Assembly: GCA_964541525.1 (NCBI GenBank)
Contig: CAZIQF010000002.1
Span: 1,775-65,774 of the forward strand
Direction of reading: 5' to 3'
Origin: an uncultured Staphylococcaceae bacterium
GTDB lineage: Bacteria; Bacillota_I; Bacilli_A; ML615J-28; CAG-313
DNA length: 64,000 nt
In this document: piece after piece, positions 20,811 through 30,112 of the stretch
Numbering within the stretch: the first letter of the stretch is position 1
Layout: every line of letters starts with the position of its first letter
Translations under genes and position numbers: made by a program
The notes under the pieces: generated by a model
Databases searched by the model: none
What the model saw: only the letters and a program-made list of their open reading frames with translations
Told to the model about the DNA's origin: nothing

Positions 20811-22527
20811 TATGGAAAGAAAAATTATTTTAGATTTTATTGCACAAAACTTTAATCAATTGAGAATGATTGATTTTAAGAAAATGACTATTTATCAATT
20901 CGGTAAAAAATATCAAGAAAATAGTCCGATTCTAAATGGTGAAATCCTTTTTGCTTATGAAGTAAATTTACCAAGAATTAATATTAAGACATTTAGCTTA
21001 GATAAGATGAATGAAGGGATTTTAGAGTTTGCAAGAACAATCGATCAATTAATGGTTTTTAGCCACGATGATATTAATTTTGATATTTGTGAAGTTTATA
21101 GTGGTAAAAACCTTAGAGATATTGATTTTAAATACCTATATTTACAACCAATCTATATTGAAAATCAATTGGTTGGTGTAATCAGTATGTATGCTGATGT
21201 TAATACAAATCCTTTTTGTTTTAATAAAACATCACTTACAGTTCTTTATAATCAATTAGAACAAGTTGATATAAATCATTTAAACCAAGAATTGCTATTT
21301 GCTTTAACTGATATTAATGATTACTATTATATCTTAAAAAATGGTGATGAAAATAAAGTGTATTTGTCGGATTCGTTAAAGTTTAAATTGAATTTAACTA
21401 AATCGGTTTTAGATTTTACAGATGATTTAGTTAAAAAGTTTTTATCTCATCATCTGATTAAAGAAAAGAAACTTAAATTTCCGTATGAAAATTATAAGTT
21501 ATTCTATATTCTAAAAGCCTTATACGATGATCAAATCTCTAACTATTTACATATTAATGCTATAAATAAGTTAGATTTACCAGATGAGTTTACAATGGTT
21601 GTAGTTCTATGGAATGATGAAAAAACTTTTTCAGTTGTTACAAATGATGTTAACTTTGGTGCGAAATATTATTTATGTGCTTATGATCAAGATTATTATC
21701 TCTTAATTATTGGTAGAAAATATGCTGCTAATTTGATTAGTCATCTATTTAAAAAATATGATTGTCAATATTTAGTATTGCATGCTCCAACTGACATTAA
21801 TAACCAAATGGATTTTAATAAAGTTATGGATTATATTAAAACCACAAGATGCGAAAAATTTATATATTCTGATTATGTTTCTTATTATAATGCTTTAAAT
21901 CAAGAGGGATTAAATTTAGTATTAAAAAATAGAAATCGATTAATTATTAATTCTAAAGATGAGTCTGATCAGTTAATATTGTTAAATGGTCTATCAAGTG
22001 ATTTTAAATCTCAATTTAATTTAACTGAATTTGAAAATCAGACTTTTCAAAAAGCTAATCAGTTTATTAAAAAATATAATCAAAATTTTGCTATTTGCAT
22101 AGATAGTTTAAGTTTATTAAAACGAAAATGTGTTGAATTATTAAAAAAATGCCAAACTAAAAACTTGCAATTAAGCTTGATCATTGATTACAATCAATTG
22201 GCTAGTAAAGATGATTTACTTGAAGCAATTACTTTGCTAAAATCATTTGATGTTAAAATTTATGTAACTAGTAGTATCTTTTTAAATTTGAAGTTAATTG
22301 ATACGATGCGATATTTTGATGGTTGTTATGTAACAAAAGAAGAATTTGCAAGTATCCAATCATCACCTAATGAATTTATGAATATGTTTGTTAGTTATTT
22401 CTTTAATGGAAATAAAAAGATTATTTTTGAAGAAACAACTAATATTGCATATAATAAGAGATATGAAGATGAATTAATATTTTTTGTTAAAGAAAGTGAG
22501 AAAATTAATAATGAATGGATTAAATAA
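20794..22527 (+). CDS. Hypothetical cytoplasmic protein (577 aa, N/K/Y-rich)
   Basis: Long ORF overlapping dtd. No recognisable motif. Confidence 0.4.
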   Translation: MNWNINMERKIILDFIAQNFNQLRMIDFKKMTIYQFGKKYQENSPILNGEILFAYEVNLPRINIKTFSLDKMNEGILEFARTIDQLMVFSHDDINFDICEVYSGKNLRDIDFKYLYLQPIYIENQLVGVISMYADVNTNPFCFNKTSLTVLYNQLEQVDINHLNQELLFALTDINDYYYILKNGDENKVYLSDSLKFKLNLTKSVLDFTDDLVKKFLSHHLIKEKKLKFPYENYKLFYILKALYDDQISNYLHINAINKLDLPDEFTMVVVLWNDEKTFSVVTNDVNFGAKYYLCAYDQDYYLLIIGRKYAANLISHLFKKYDCQYLVLHAPTDINNQMDFNKVMDYIKTTRCEKFIYSDYVSYYNALNQEGLNLVLKNRNRLIINSKDESDQLILLNGLSSDFKSQFNLTEFENQTFQKANQFIKKYNQNFAICIDSLSLLKRKCVELLKKCQTKNLQLSLIIDYNQLASKDDLLEAITLLKSFDVKIYVTSSIFLNLKLIDTMRYFDGCYVTKEEFASIQSSPNEFMNMFVSYFFNGNKKIIFEETTNIAYNKRYEDELIFFVKESEKINNEWIK

Positions 22528-23881
22528 AATTTTAGATTTTTTAAAATCGCTATTTTTACCGCGTAAGATGGCAAGACATATGAATATGCCCTTTATTTTG
22601 TCATTAGTAATATTAATGCTTGCTTCATGTTTAAATATTGCAACTTCCAATATCAGAGCACCTAAGGATGCAGAAGCGGCTCTTGATTTTCCAAGTTTGT
22701 TTACAGAAATAGGTGAAGGTTTTAAACTGATGGATACATCAGGCAACACACTTCCACAAATTAGTATTGTTAATAATACCACAGATAAAATGGGAACAAT
22801 TAAAGTTGGAGAAGAAGAAAAAGAAGTACCATGGCCAACATATTACTTTCAATCTGATGCTGATGGTGTTTATCATAATACGTATGAAAAAGATGGTAAA
22901 TACATTGATATGACTGTTGTTACATGTGATGATTTATTTTCAGCTTATGGGACAATTGAAAATCCGCTAAGCGTTCCTCGTTTTGATTTAGAAGGATATT
23001 TAAAACAAGATCAAAAAGAAAATACTGAATATGTTCTTTATGTATTTACACTTGATTCAATTTACTATTTGTTTGGTTTAGATCAAGTCAAAGATGGTAA
23101 AAGTACTAAAGCTGCTTCAAATAATTTATTGTTTGAATGTCATGACAGTGGTGAATTTAAATATTATTTGCCAAAAGATGAAACCGAATTAAAAGTTAAT
23201 GCCTATGGTGATTTTGATACTACATTATGGACAAGTGATGCAATTGTAGAAGATCGTGTTAACTTTTCAGCTACTGAAGAACATTATAATTTATTAGTTA
23301 GTGAAGGATTAACCATTAGTTTTGAACAATATAAACAAATGGTATTAGGAATTACGCCTGCTAATCGCCATCTTAAGAATTTATCAAATGCTTTATATGG
23401 TGGTGCTTATCCATATACTTATTTAATCAGCATTGATTTTGATTTTGAGGTGATTAATCGTTCAATTCCACAATTTCAATCAGGATTTAAAGCAGCGATT
23501 ATCGAGTATAATGCTGGTTTTCAAAAAACAATGTCGTTACTTGTATCAGCATTTATTACGATAATTTTTCCACTATTTTTAGCACTTATTACTTGGGTTA
23601 TGTCTAAAAGTTTCTATATGAGTAAATTTAGACAATATTATGCTATTGCATCGCTATGTTTTGCGATGACAACAATTGTCGCTTTAATCGCTGGATTCTT
23701 TGTTTCTTATACAACTATGGCTTTTCCACTATTAGTAATAGGAGCAGTTTATTATATAATTGCAACGTTTAGAATTAATACAATGGAAAAAAATGATGAT
23801 TCTGATCATAATGATCCAGAAAAACCAAAAGAACCAATTAAGTATAATAAAATTTCAGAAAATACAACTCATATAGGTTAA
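22484..23881 (+). CDS. Hypothetical membrane protein (N-terminal TM/signal, large extracytoplasmic domain, 3 C-terminal TMs)
   Basis: 465 aa. Overlaps the upstream ORF by 44 bp. Hydrophobic segments at the N-terminus and at the C-terminus (FITIIFPLFLALITWV, IVALIAGFFV, LLVIGAVYYII). Confidence 0.4.
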   Translation: MLKKVRKLIMNGLNKILDFLKSLFLPRKMARHMNMPFILSLVILMLASCLNIATSNIRAPKDAEAALDFPSLFTEIGEGFKLMDTSGNTLPQISIVNNTTDKMGTIKVGEEEKEVPWPTYYFQSDADGVYHNTYEKDGKYIDMTVVTCDDLFSAYGTIENPLSVPRFDLEGYLKQDQKENTEYVLYVFTLDSIYYLFGLDQVKDGKSTKAASNNLLFECHDSGEFKYYLPKDETELKVNAYGDFDTTLWTSDAIVEDRVNFSATEEHYNLLVSEGLTISFEQYKQMVLGITPANRHLKNLSNALYGGAYPYTYLISIDFDFEVINRSIPQFQSGFKAAIIEYNAGFQKTMSLLVSAFITIIFPLFLALITWVMSKSFYMSKFRQYYAIASLCFAMTTIVALIAGFFVSYTTMAFPLLVIGAVYYIIATFRINTMEKNDDSDHNDPEKPKEPIKYNKISENTTHIG

Positions 23882-23944
23882 AAAAAATAGTCATATAATC
23901 AACTCCTACTGCATATAATTTACTAAAAGTATGGAGGTAATTAT

Positions 23945-24442
23945 ATGAAAAAGAATCAAATTGCGTTACTTTGTTTAACTGCTGTTATTATGCTTGCAGT
24001 CTGGTATATTAAATCGCCATTAAACAATGTTAATGGTGATTCAGGTCCATCTACGCCTGTATCTGGTGAGCCAACGAGACTTGTAGCATTAACCAATATG
24101 CGTGAAGCACTAAGAAATGAAAGAAATCTAGAAGTAATTGCGTTAGATGCGATTATTGCCAGTGAAACAAGTACGATTGCTGAAAAAAACAATGCAATTA
24201 ATGAAAAACAAGCGATATCTGATTTAACCGAAAAGGAAGTTTTGATGGAATTATCGATTATTAATTTAGGATATACCGATGCTTTTGTTCATAAAACCGA
24301 GGCAGGTGTTGATATTTTGGTAATTGCTGATTTACTTAGTGAAACGGAAGTTGTTGAAATTATGAATCTTGCTTATGCTGCTTTTGATACCGAAACAGTG
24401 ATTGTCACATATAAATCATCAGCATCATTTGCTAATTCTTAA
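23945..24442 (+). CDS. SpoIIIAH-like (YscJ/FliF ring-building-motif) secreted/membrane-anchored protein
   Basis: 165 aa. The N-terminal anchor LTAVIMLAVWYIKSP resembles B. subtilis SpoIIIAH LTMLSLVVVLSVYYIMSP. The C-terminal region (RLVALTNMREALRNERNLEVIALDAI...EVLMELSIINLGYTDAFVHKTEAGVDILV) parallels the SpoIIIAH RBM domain. RBS GGAGG upstream. Confidence 0.4.
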   Translation: MKKNQIALLCLTAVIMLAVWYIKSPLNNVNGDSGPSTPVSGEPTRLVALTNMREALRNERNLEVIALDAIIASETSTIAEKNNAINEKQAISDLTEKEVLMELSIINLGYTDAFVHKTEAGVDILVIADLLSETEVVEIMNLAYAAFDTETVIVTYKSSASFANS

Positions 24443-24477
24443 GTGAAAATAAATTAAACACAAGGGGGATATCCTTT

Positions 24478-25377
24478 GTGTTTTTTAAAGTTAGGAGAAC
24501 TATGAGCTATTTTAAGTACACAATCAAGAAAAATGAAAATAATTTAACTCTAAAAACCTGGATGCAATCATTTTATCTTGCAAAAAATAAGATTAATTAT
24601 TTAATTGATCAAAAATTAGTTATGGTTAACGGCAAATCTTGTTATAATCGTGATTATATTTTGACAGAAAATGATGAAATTTTAGTTGATACAACTAATT
24701 ATGACCGAATTGATTATCCACCTTATCGATATAATTTACAAATTATCTATGAGGATGAATATTTATTAGTTGTTAATAAACCTAAAGGTGTTATTATATA
24801 TCCTGAGAATAAAGAACTAGAAAAAACAATGGCTAATTTTGTTGCATATTATTATATGAAAACGAATCAAAATTATGCAGTAAGGCATATACATCGCCTA
24901 GATACTGATACGACTGGATGCTTAATTTATGCAAAAGATATTTTTACTCATAGTAAATTGTCATATTTTTTTGAAAATAATAAAACCAAAAAAGAGTATT
25001 TTGCAATAGTATATGGTATAATAGAGAAAGAAGGCGTAATTAATCAAAAAATCGGAAGAAATCGTCATGAGAATAAAATGATGATTTCCCCTAGTGGGAG
25101 TGATGCGTTAACTTATTATTATCCTGAAAAACATTTTGATAATAAGACAGTAGTTAAAGTATTACTCAGAACTGGTAGAACCCACCAAATTAGAGTTCAC
25201 CTAGCTGCAATAAAACATCCATTATTAGGAGATTCATTATACGGAGCCAAAGACGAATATGAACGAGTGATGTTACATTGTTATCATCTAGGGCTTGTTC
25301 ATCCAATTAGTGGATTATGGATTGATTTTACTGCTGATATTCCAAACGATATGGAAAAAATTATTAATAGGGAGTAA
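24478..25377 (+). CDS. RluA-family 23S rRNA pseudouridine synthase (RluD-like, with S4 domain)
   Basis: Catalytic motif HRLDTDTTGCLIYAK and conserved RTGRTHQIRVHL. Confidence 0.8.
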   Translation: MFFKVRRTMSYFKYTIKKNENNLTLKTWMQSFYLAKNKINYLIDQKLVMVNGKSCYNRDYILTENDEILVDTTNYDRIDYPPYRYNLQIIYEDEYLLVVNKPKGVIIYPENKELEKTMANFVAYYYMKTNQNYAVRHIHRLDTDTTGCLIYAKDIFTHSKLSYFFENNKTKKEYFAIVYGIIEKEGVINQKIGRNRHENKMMISPSGSDALTYYYPEKHFDNKTVVKVLLRTGRTHQIRVHLAAIKHPLLGDSLYGAKDEYERVMLHCYHLGLVHPISGLWIDFTADIPNDMEKIINRE

Positions 25378-25382
25378 GTAAT

Positions 25383-26885
25383 ATGTTGATGAAAAAAATA
25401 ATTAAAACTAATTTATTGGCTTTTGCAATTTTGCTTATTTGTTTAATTGCTAGTTGTAATGGTACAGGATTAGGAAATCAATTGGCAACACCTGAAACTA
25501 GAGTTGTATTAGCAGCAGATGGTTTCTTTGTTTATGTCGATGAAGTTCAAAATGCTGATGGATACGTTGTGAGAGTTTATGATGAAACAAAAACTTCGGT
25601 AATTAATTCATTTAGAATATCACTAGATGAATCAATTACAGGCTTTAAAATATTAAAAACAGTAGGTACATATTATGTTACTGCGTATGCTACTGATTCA
25701 AGTATGACTTATCTTGATTCAAATGAGTCCGAATTTAAAGAAGTAAATATTGTTGCAAGTGTTAAGAATAAATATTCGATTACTTACGTATTAAATGGTG
25801 GAACAATTCCTAACAATGCTCCTAGCAGTTATACCGAAGGTGTCGGAGTTAGTTTACCAAAAGCCACTAAAACTGGTTCAAGATTTATTGGCTGGTACTT
25901 AAATTCTGACTTTACTGGTAATATCATGACTGTAATTGATTCGCAAATGACTGGTGAAGTGACTTTATATGCTTATTTTGAAGTTGAATCAATTGTCGAA
26001 ACTTATACAATAACTTATGTATTAAATGGTGGAACATTAAGTAGTGATGCACCTACAACATATAAAGTTGGTGAAACTATTATTCTAAAAGCACCGACAA
26101 AGGCTAATGCAACATTTGCTGGTTGGTACTTAAATTCAGATTTTAGCGGTGAAAGAATTACCACCATTTCGAATCAAACAACTGGTAATCTTACACTATA
26201 TGCAAAATGGAACGAGAATGCGAGTGAATATACTGGCTATTATCAAGATGCTAATAATTTAACTGGTACGGCTCTAAAACTGGCTCTTAGAAAAATTATT
26301 TCAACTGGTGTAAAAACTGTTACATATGATGATTTAAAAACTGATTTAAAGTATACTGATGCTGATCCTAATGATTCATCTAGAATTTTGCTTGTTTATT
26401 CACATATTAGTGTAAGTAATACTTGGAATCCAAACAGCAATTGGAACCGTGAACATATGTGGCCTCAAAGTAAGGGCTGGTTTAGTACATCGGGTGCAGG
26501 TTCAGATATTCATCATTTAAGGCCTGAAAATCCAACTGTTAATAGTACTCGTGGCAATAGACCGTATGGCAAAGTGACAAATGGTAAAGCGCTTACAATG
26601 AACGGCCAAGTTGTTGGTCATTATGGAACATATTTTGAACCACTCGATGAATTTAAAGGTGATGTTGCGAGAATCATCTTATATATGCTAGTTAGGTATT
26701 CTCAAACCGATTCGAGTTATCCTGTGACTAATGCATTCCAATCTCTTGATTTGTTATTAGAGTGGCACGAATTAGATCCGGTATGTGAATTTGAACGGGT
26801 GCGTAATGAACGTTCTTACTCAATCCAAAAGAATCGTAATCCATTTATTGATTATCCTGAATTTGCTGATTTAATTTGGGGCTAA
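25383..26885 (+). CDS. Surface lipoprotein with Listeria-Bacteroides (Flg_new) repeats and C-terminal endonuclease I-family nuclease domain
   Basis: Lipobox LIASC. Two repeats Y(S/T)ITYVLNGGT...F.GWYLNSDF(T/S)G. The C-terminus has NREHMWPQS ... DIHHLRPE ... NSTRGN, matching the endonuclease I/Bsn extracellular nuclease family. Confidence 0.6.
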   Translation: MLMKKIIKTNLLAFAILLICLIASCNGTGLGNQLATPETRVVLAADGFFVYVDEVQNADGYVVRVYDETKTSVINSFRISLDESITGFKILKTVGTYYVTAYATDSSMTYLDSNESEFKEVNIVASVKNKYSITYVLNGGTIPNNAPSSYTEGVGVSLPKATKTGSRFIGWYLNSDFTGNIMTVIDSQMTGEVTLYAYFEVESIVETYTITYVLNGGTLSSDAPTTYKVGETIILKAPTKANATFAGWYLNSDFSGERITTISNQTTGNLTLYAKWNENASEYTGYYQDANNLTGTALKLALRKIISTGVKTVTYDDLKTDLKYTDADPNDSSRILLVYSHISVSNTWNPNSNWNREHMWPQSKGWFSTSGAGSDIHHLRPENPTVNSTRGNRPYGKVTNGKALTMNGQVVGHYGTYFEPLDEFKGDVARIILYMLVRYSQTDSSYPVTNAFQSLDLLLEWHELDPVCEFERVRNERSYSIQKNRNPFIDYPEFADLIWG

Positions 26886-26889
26886 AATA

Positions 26890-26926
26890 AAAAATAACCA
26901 CTTGAAGTTTTATTCAAGTGGTTTTA
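26890..26926. terminator. Bidirectional rho-independent terminator between nuclease gene (+) and htpG (-)
   Basis: CCACTTGAAG-tttta-TTCAAGTGG with A-run on one side and T-run on the other. Confidence 0.6.
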
Positions 26927-26939
26927 ACATTTATAGATT

Positions 26940-28871
26940 CTATTTCTCAATATCTAAAGCTGATGCTTCGACCATAATATTACACATTTTTGTAATAAAT
27001 TCATTAGGATTATCAACCTTGAAACCTTCTAAAATCAAAGCTTGGTTAAGAAGAACTACGGCGTAGTCTTGTAATTTAGTTTCATCATTTTGAATCTTCT
27101 CTAATACTTTGAAAATCATATGATTTGGATTAATTTCTAAGATTCTCTCAGCTTTGATGTTTGAACCATTTGGTAAATTATTAATTACTTTTTCCATTTC
27201 AAAACTGATACCATCACCACTAACTAAGCAAACAGGTGAATCGGTTAATCTAGTTGATAATATTACATCTTTTACCTTATTATTCAATGCTTCTTTGATT
27301 TTTTCAAGAAGAGGTTTCTTTTCTTCGGTTAACTTTTGGGCTTGATCTTTTTCTTCATCAGTTAGGATGTCTAAATCACCTTGATTAACTGATTTGAATT
27401 CATGATCATTATATTTTTGTAAAATTTGGAATACAAACTCATCAACATCATCACTCAAAATCAAAACATCGTATTCTTTCTTTTTTAATGCATCCATTTG
27501 TGGCATTGAAAGTAATTCATCCTTAGAAGCTGCAGAGGCATAATAAATGTATTTTTGTCCTTCTTTCATATTTAGAACATAATCTTTAAGTGAAATTAGC
27601 GAGTCATTTAATAGTGATTTATACATTAATAAATCTTGAAGTAATTCTTTCTTTTCACCATAGTTGTTGTAAATACCCCATTTTAAATTGATTCCTAAAG
27701 CTTCAAAGAATTCTTTATAAACTTCTGGATTGTCATTTTGTAATTCTTCTAGATGCTTGATGACTTTCTTTTCAAGATTAGTTGCGATTTTAGTTAATTG
27801 GCGATCATGTTGTAACATTTCACGGCTGATGTTAAGTGATAAATCGCTAGAATCAACGATACCTTTAACGAATCGTAAATAGTCAGGTAGTAATTCTTTG
27901 CATTTATCCATGATAAAGACACCTTTTGTATATAATTGAAGGCCTTTTTCGTATTTTTCAGAATAAAGATCGTATGGAGCTTTTTTAGGAATGAAAAGAA
28001 GAGCAGTATAACTGATATTACCTTCAACAGTATAAAGATAAGAATCAAGAGGTTCTTGATAATCAAAGAATTTACTCTTATAGAATTCATCTTTTTCTTC
28101 TTTAGTTACATCATTTTTATTCTTTTTCCAAATTGGTGTCATTGAATTAAGAACTTCGACACTTTTGATTTCAATGTATTCTTCTGTAGGTTTACCTTCT
28201 TCATCGAGTTTTGGTTCTTCCTTGGTACATTCCATTTCAATTGGATAACGGATAAAATCTGAATATTTTTTAACTAAAGATTTAATTGTATATTCTTCTA
28301 GGTATTCATCATAATCATTATCTTCATCATTTTGGCGAAGATATACTGTAATTTTAGTTCCAATTGTTTGTTTATTACTTTCTTCAATTGAATATTCTTC
28401 AATTCCGTCGGATGTGAATTTATAAGCTTGATCACTATATGGAGAAAGAGTTTCGACAACAACTTTTTCACCAACTAAGTAAGAAGAATAGAAACCAACA
28501 CCGAATTGACCGATGATTTCTCTTTCATCTTCAGGTTGTACCTTATCATTTTCCATCTTTTCAACAAATTCTTTTGAGCCTGATTTTGCAATTGTTCCTA
28601 AGTGCTCAATAATTTCATCTTTAGTCATACCAATACCATTATCGGTAATTGTAATTGTTCTTTCATCTTTATTTAATGCGATTTCAATTTTGTAATCATT
28701 TCTTTTTGTTAATTTTTCATCTGTAAGTGATAAATAATGGTATTTATCAATCGCATCTGAAGCATTAGCGATTAATTCTCTTAAAAAGATTTCACGATTT
28801 GTGTAGATTGAATTAATCATTAAATTTAATAATCTTTTTGTTTCTGTTTTAAATTGTTTTATTTCACTCAT
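26940..28871 (-). CDS. htpG: Molecular chaperone HtpG (Hsp90)
   Basis: HATPase N-domain motifs (ELIANASDA, ITITDNGIGMT, GQFGVGFYS). 643 aa. Confidence 0.9.
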   Translation of the reverse strand: MSEIKQFKTETKRLLNLMINSIYTNREIFLRELIANASDAIDKYHYLSLTDEKLTKRNDYKIEIALNKDERTITITDNGIGMTKDEIIEHLGTIAKSGSKEFVEKMENDKVQPEDEREIIGQFGVGFYSSYLVGEKVVVETLSPYSDQAYKFTSDGIEEYSIEESNKQTIGTKITVYLRQNDEDNDYDEYLEEYTIKSLVKKYSDFIRYPIEMECTKEEPKLDEEGKPTEEYIEIKSVEVLNSMTPIWKKNKNDVTKEEKDEFYKSKFFDYQEPLDSYLYTVEGNISYTALLFIPKKAPYDLYSEKYEKGLQLYTKGVFIMDKCKELLPDYLRFVKGIVDSSDLSLNISREMLQHDRQLTKIATNLEKKVIKHLEELQNDNPEVYKEFFEALGINLKWGIYNNYGEKKELLQDLLMYKSLLNDSLISLKDYVLNMKEGQKYIYYASAASKDELLSMPQMDALKKKEYDVLILSDDVDEFVFQILQKYNDHEFKSVNQGDLDILTDEEKDQAQKLTEEKKPLLEKIKEALNNKVKDVILSTRLTDSPVCLVSGDGISFEMEKVINNLPNGSNIKAERILEINPNHMIFKVLEKIQNDETKLQDYAVVLLNQALILEGFKVDNPNEFITKMCNIMVEASALDIEK

Positions 28872-28889
28872 TATATATCCTTTCTTTTT

Positions 28890-28916
28890 TTAGCACTTGT
28901 AATATGAGAGTGCTAA
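28890..28916. promoter_or_regulatory. CIRCE operator (HrcA binding site) in htpG leader
   Basis: TTAGCACTT-N9-GAGTGCTAA between the -10 and the RBS of htpG. Confidence 0.75.
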
Positions 28917-28929
28917 AAACTATACTTAT

Positions 28930-28957
28930 ATTATACACGATTATTTTTGATTGTCAA
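28930..28957 (-). promoter_or_regulatory. SigA-type promoter of htpG
   Basis: Minus strand reads TTGACA-N16/17-TATAAT. Confidence 0.5.
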
Positions 28958-28975
28958 GTATAATAATCAAAAAAA

Positions 28976-29002
28976 TTAGCACTTTTTTATAAAGAGTGCT
29001 AA
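28976..29002. promoter_or_regulatory. Second CIRCE operator upstream of htpG -35
   Basis: TTAGCACTT-N9-GAGTGCTAA. Confidence 0.7.
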
Positions 29003-29043
29003 TTTTTTAAAACTTAATTTAAAATTAATAACAAAAGGGATAA

Positions 29044-29940
29044 TTATAAACTGAAAATCACAATAACAGCAATGCCTAGAACAAGTAGTAGTAGACCTAA
29101 AATCGACTTTTTAGAAAATTTTTCTTTTAAAATTACTGCTGAAAAGAGCATTGTTAACAAAATTGAAATTTTTCCAATTGAATTTACAGCAACTGGATTA
29201 GCACCAATATAATTTAACGCAATATATTCAAAAAGCCAAGCAAGACCAGTAACAATACCAGATAGGGTTAAAAAGACCCATGACTTTTTCTTAATCAATT
29301 TTACACTTTTATGCTCTTTATTGATGAAGACAATAGAACCAGCAAAAATAAAGACGATAATTGTTCTAAGTAATGTTCCTAAATCACTTGATATGCCCTT
29401 AAGTCCGATTTTTACAAATAATGATACGATTGAAGCGAAAATTGATGATAAAATTGCATAGAAGAGCCATTTTTTGTCAACAGTTGTTTCTTCTTTCTTT
29501 TTAGAAATCATTAATAATGTTCCAAAAAGCATCAAGATCATTGATAAAAATAGCATTAAAATTGTTAATAAATTACCATTATTGGTTGTATCTTCATAAA
29601 AGAAGATGAGAAAAAGGATTGTTGTTAAAATAAAACTTGATTTATCGATCGGTGCGACTCGATTAACACTACCAAGTTGTAGGGCTTTGTAATAACAAAG
29701 CCAAGAACAACCAGTTGCGATTCCTGATAAGAACAAGAATAAATAGTTTTTTGGACTTAAATCAAAAATATGTTTAATGCTACCACTAATAGTGCATAAA
29801 ATTATACTTAAGATAATTACTATTCCTGTTCGATAGAAAGTGGCAAAATTTGTTTTCACATCTTTTATCCCGATTTTTACAAAAATTGTGGTTAAAGATG
29901 TAAAGATTGCTCCTAATAATGCAAAACCAATCCATATCAT
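29044..29940 (-). CDS. EamA/DMT-family transporter
   Basis: 10 TM helices in two EamA repeats. 298 aa. Confidence 0.75.
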   Translation of the reverse strand: MIWIGFALLGAIFTSLTTIFVKIGIKDVKTNFATFYRTGIVIILSIILCTISGSIKHIFDLSPKNYLFLFLSGIATGCSWLCYYKALQLGSVNRVAPIDKSSFILTTILFLIFFYEDTTNNGNLLTILMLFLSMILMLFGTLLMISKKKEETTVDKKWLFYAILSSIFASIVSLFVKIGLKGISSDLGTLLRTIIVFIFAGSIVFINKEHKSVKLIKKKSWVFLTLSGIVTGLAWLFEYIALNYIGANPVAVNSIGKISILLTMLFSAVILKEKFSKKSILGLLLLVLGIAVIVIFSL

Positions 29941-30074
29941 TATACATTACCTCATAAAATGTTTTCGATTATTTTTATAATTAAGATTTACGATTATTAT
30001 ATCACCAGCAAAAGAAGATATCAAGATAAACGAAATAAATCTTAGTAATAAATTTAATTAGAAAAAGTAATAAA

Positions 30075-30103
30075 TAAAAGGATGTAAGCTATACATCCTT
30101 TTA
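30075..30103 (-). terminator. Terminator downstream of clpB
   Basis: AAAGGATGTA-agcta-TACATCCTTT flanked by A/T runs. Confidence 0.5.
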
Positions 30104-30112
30104 TGAAATGAA

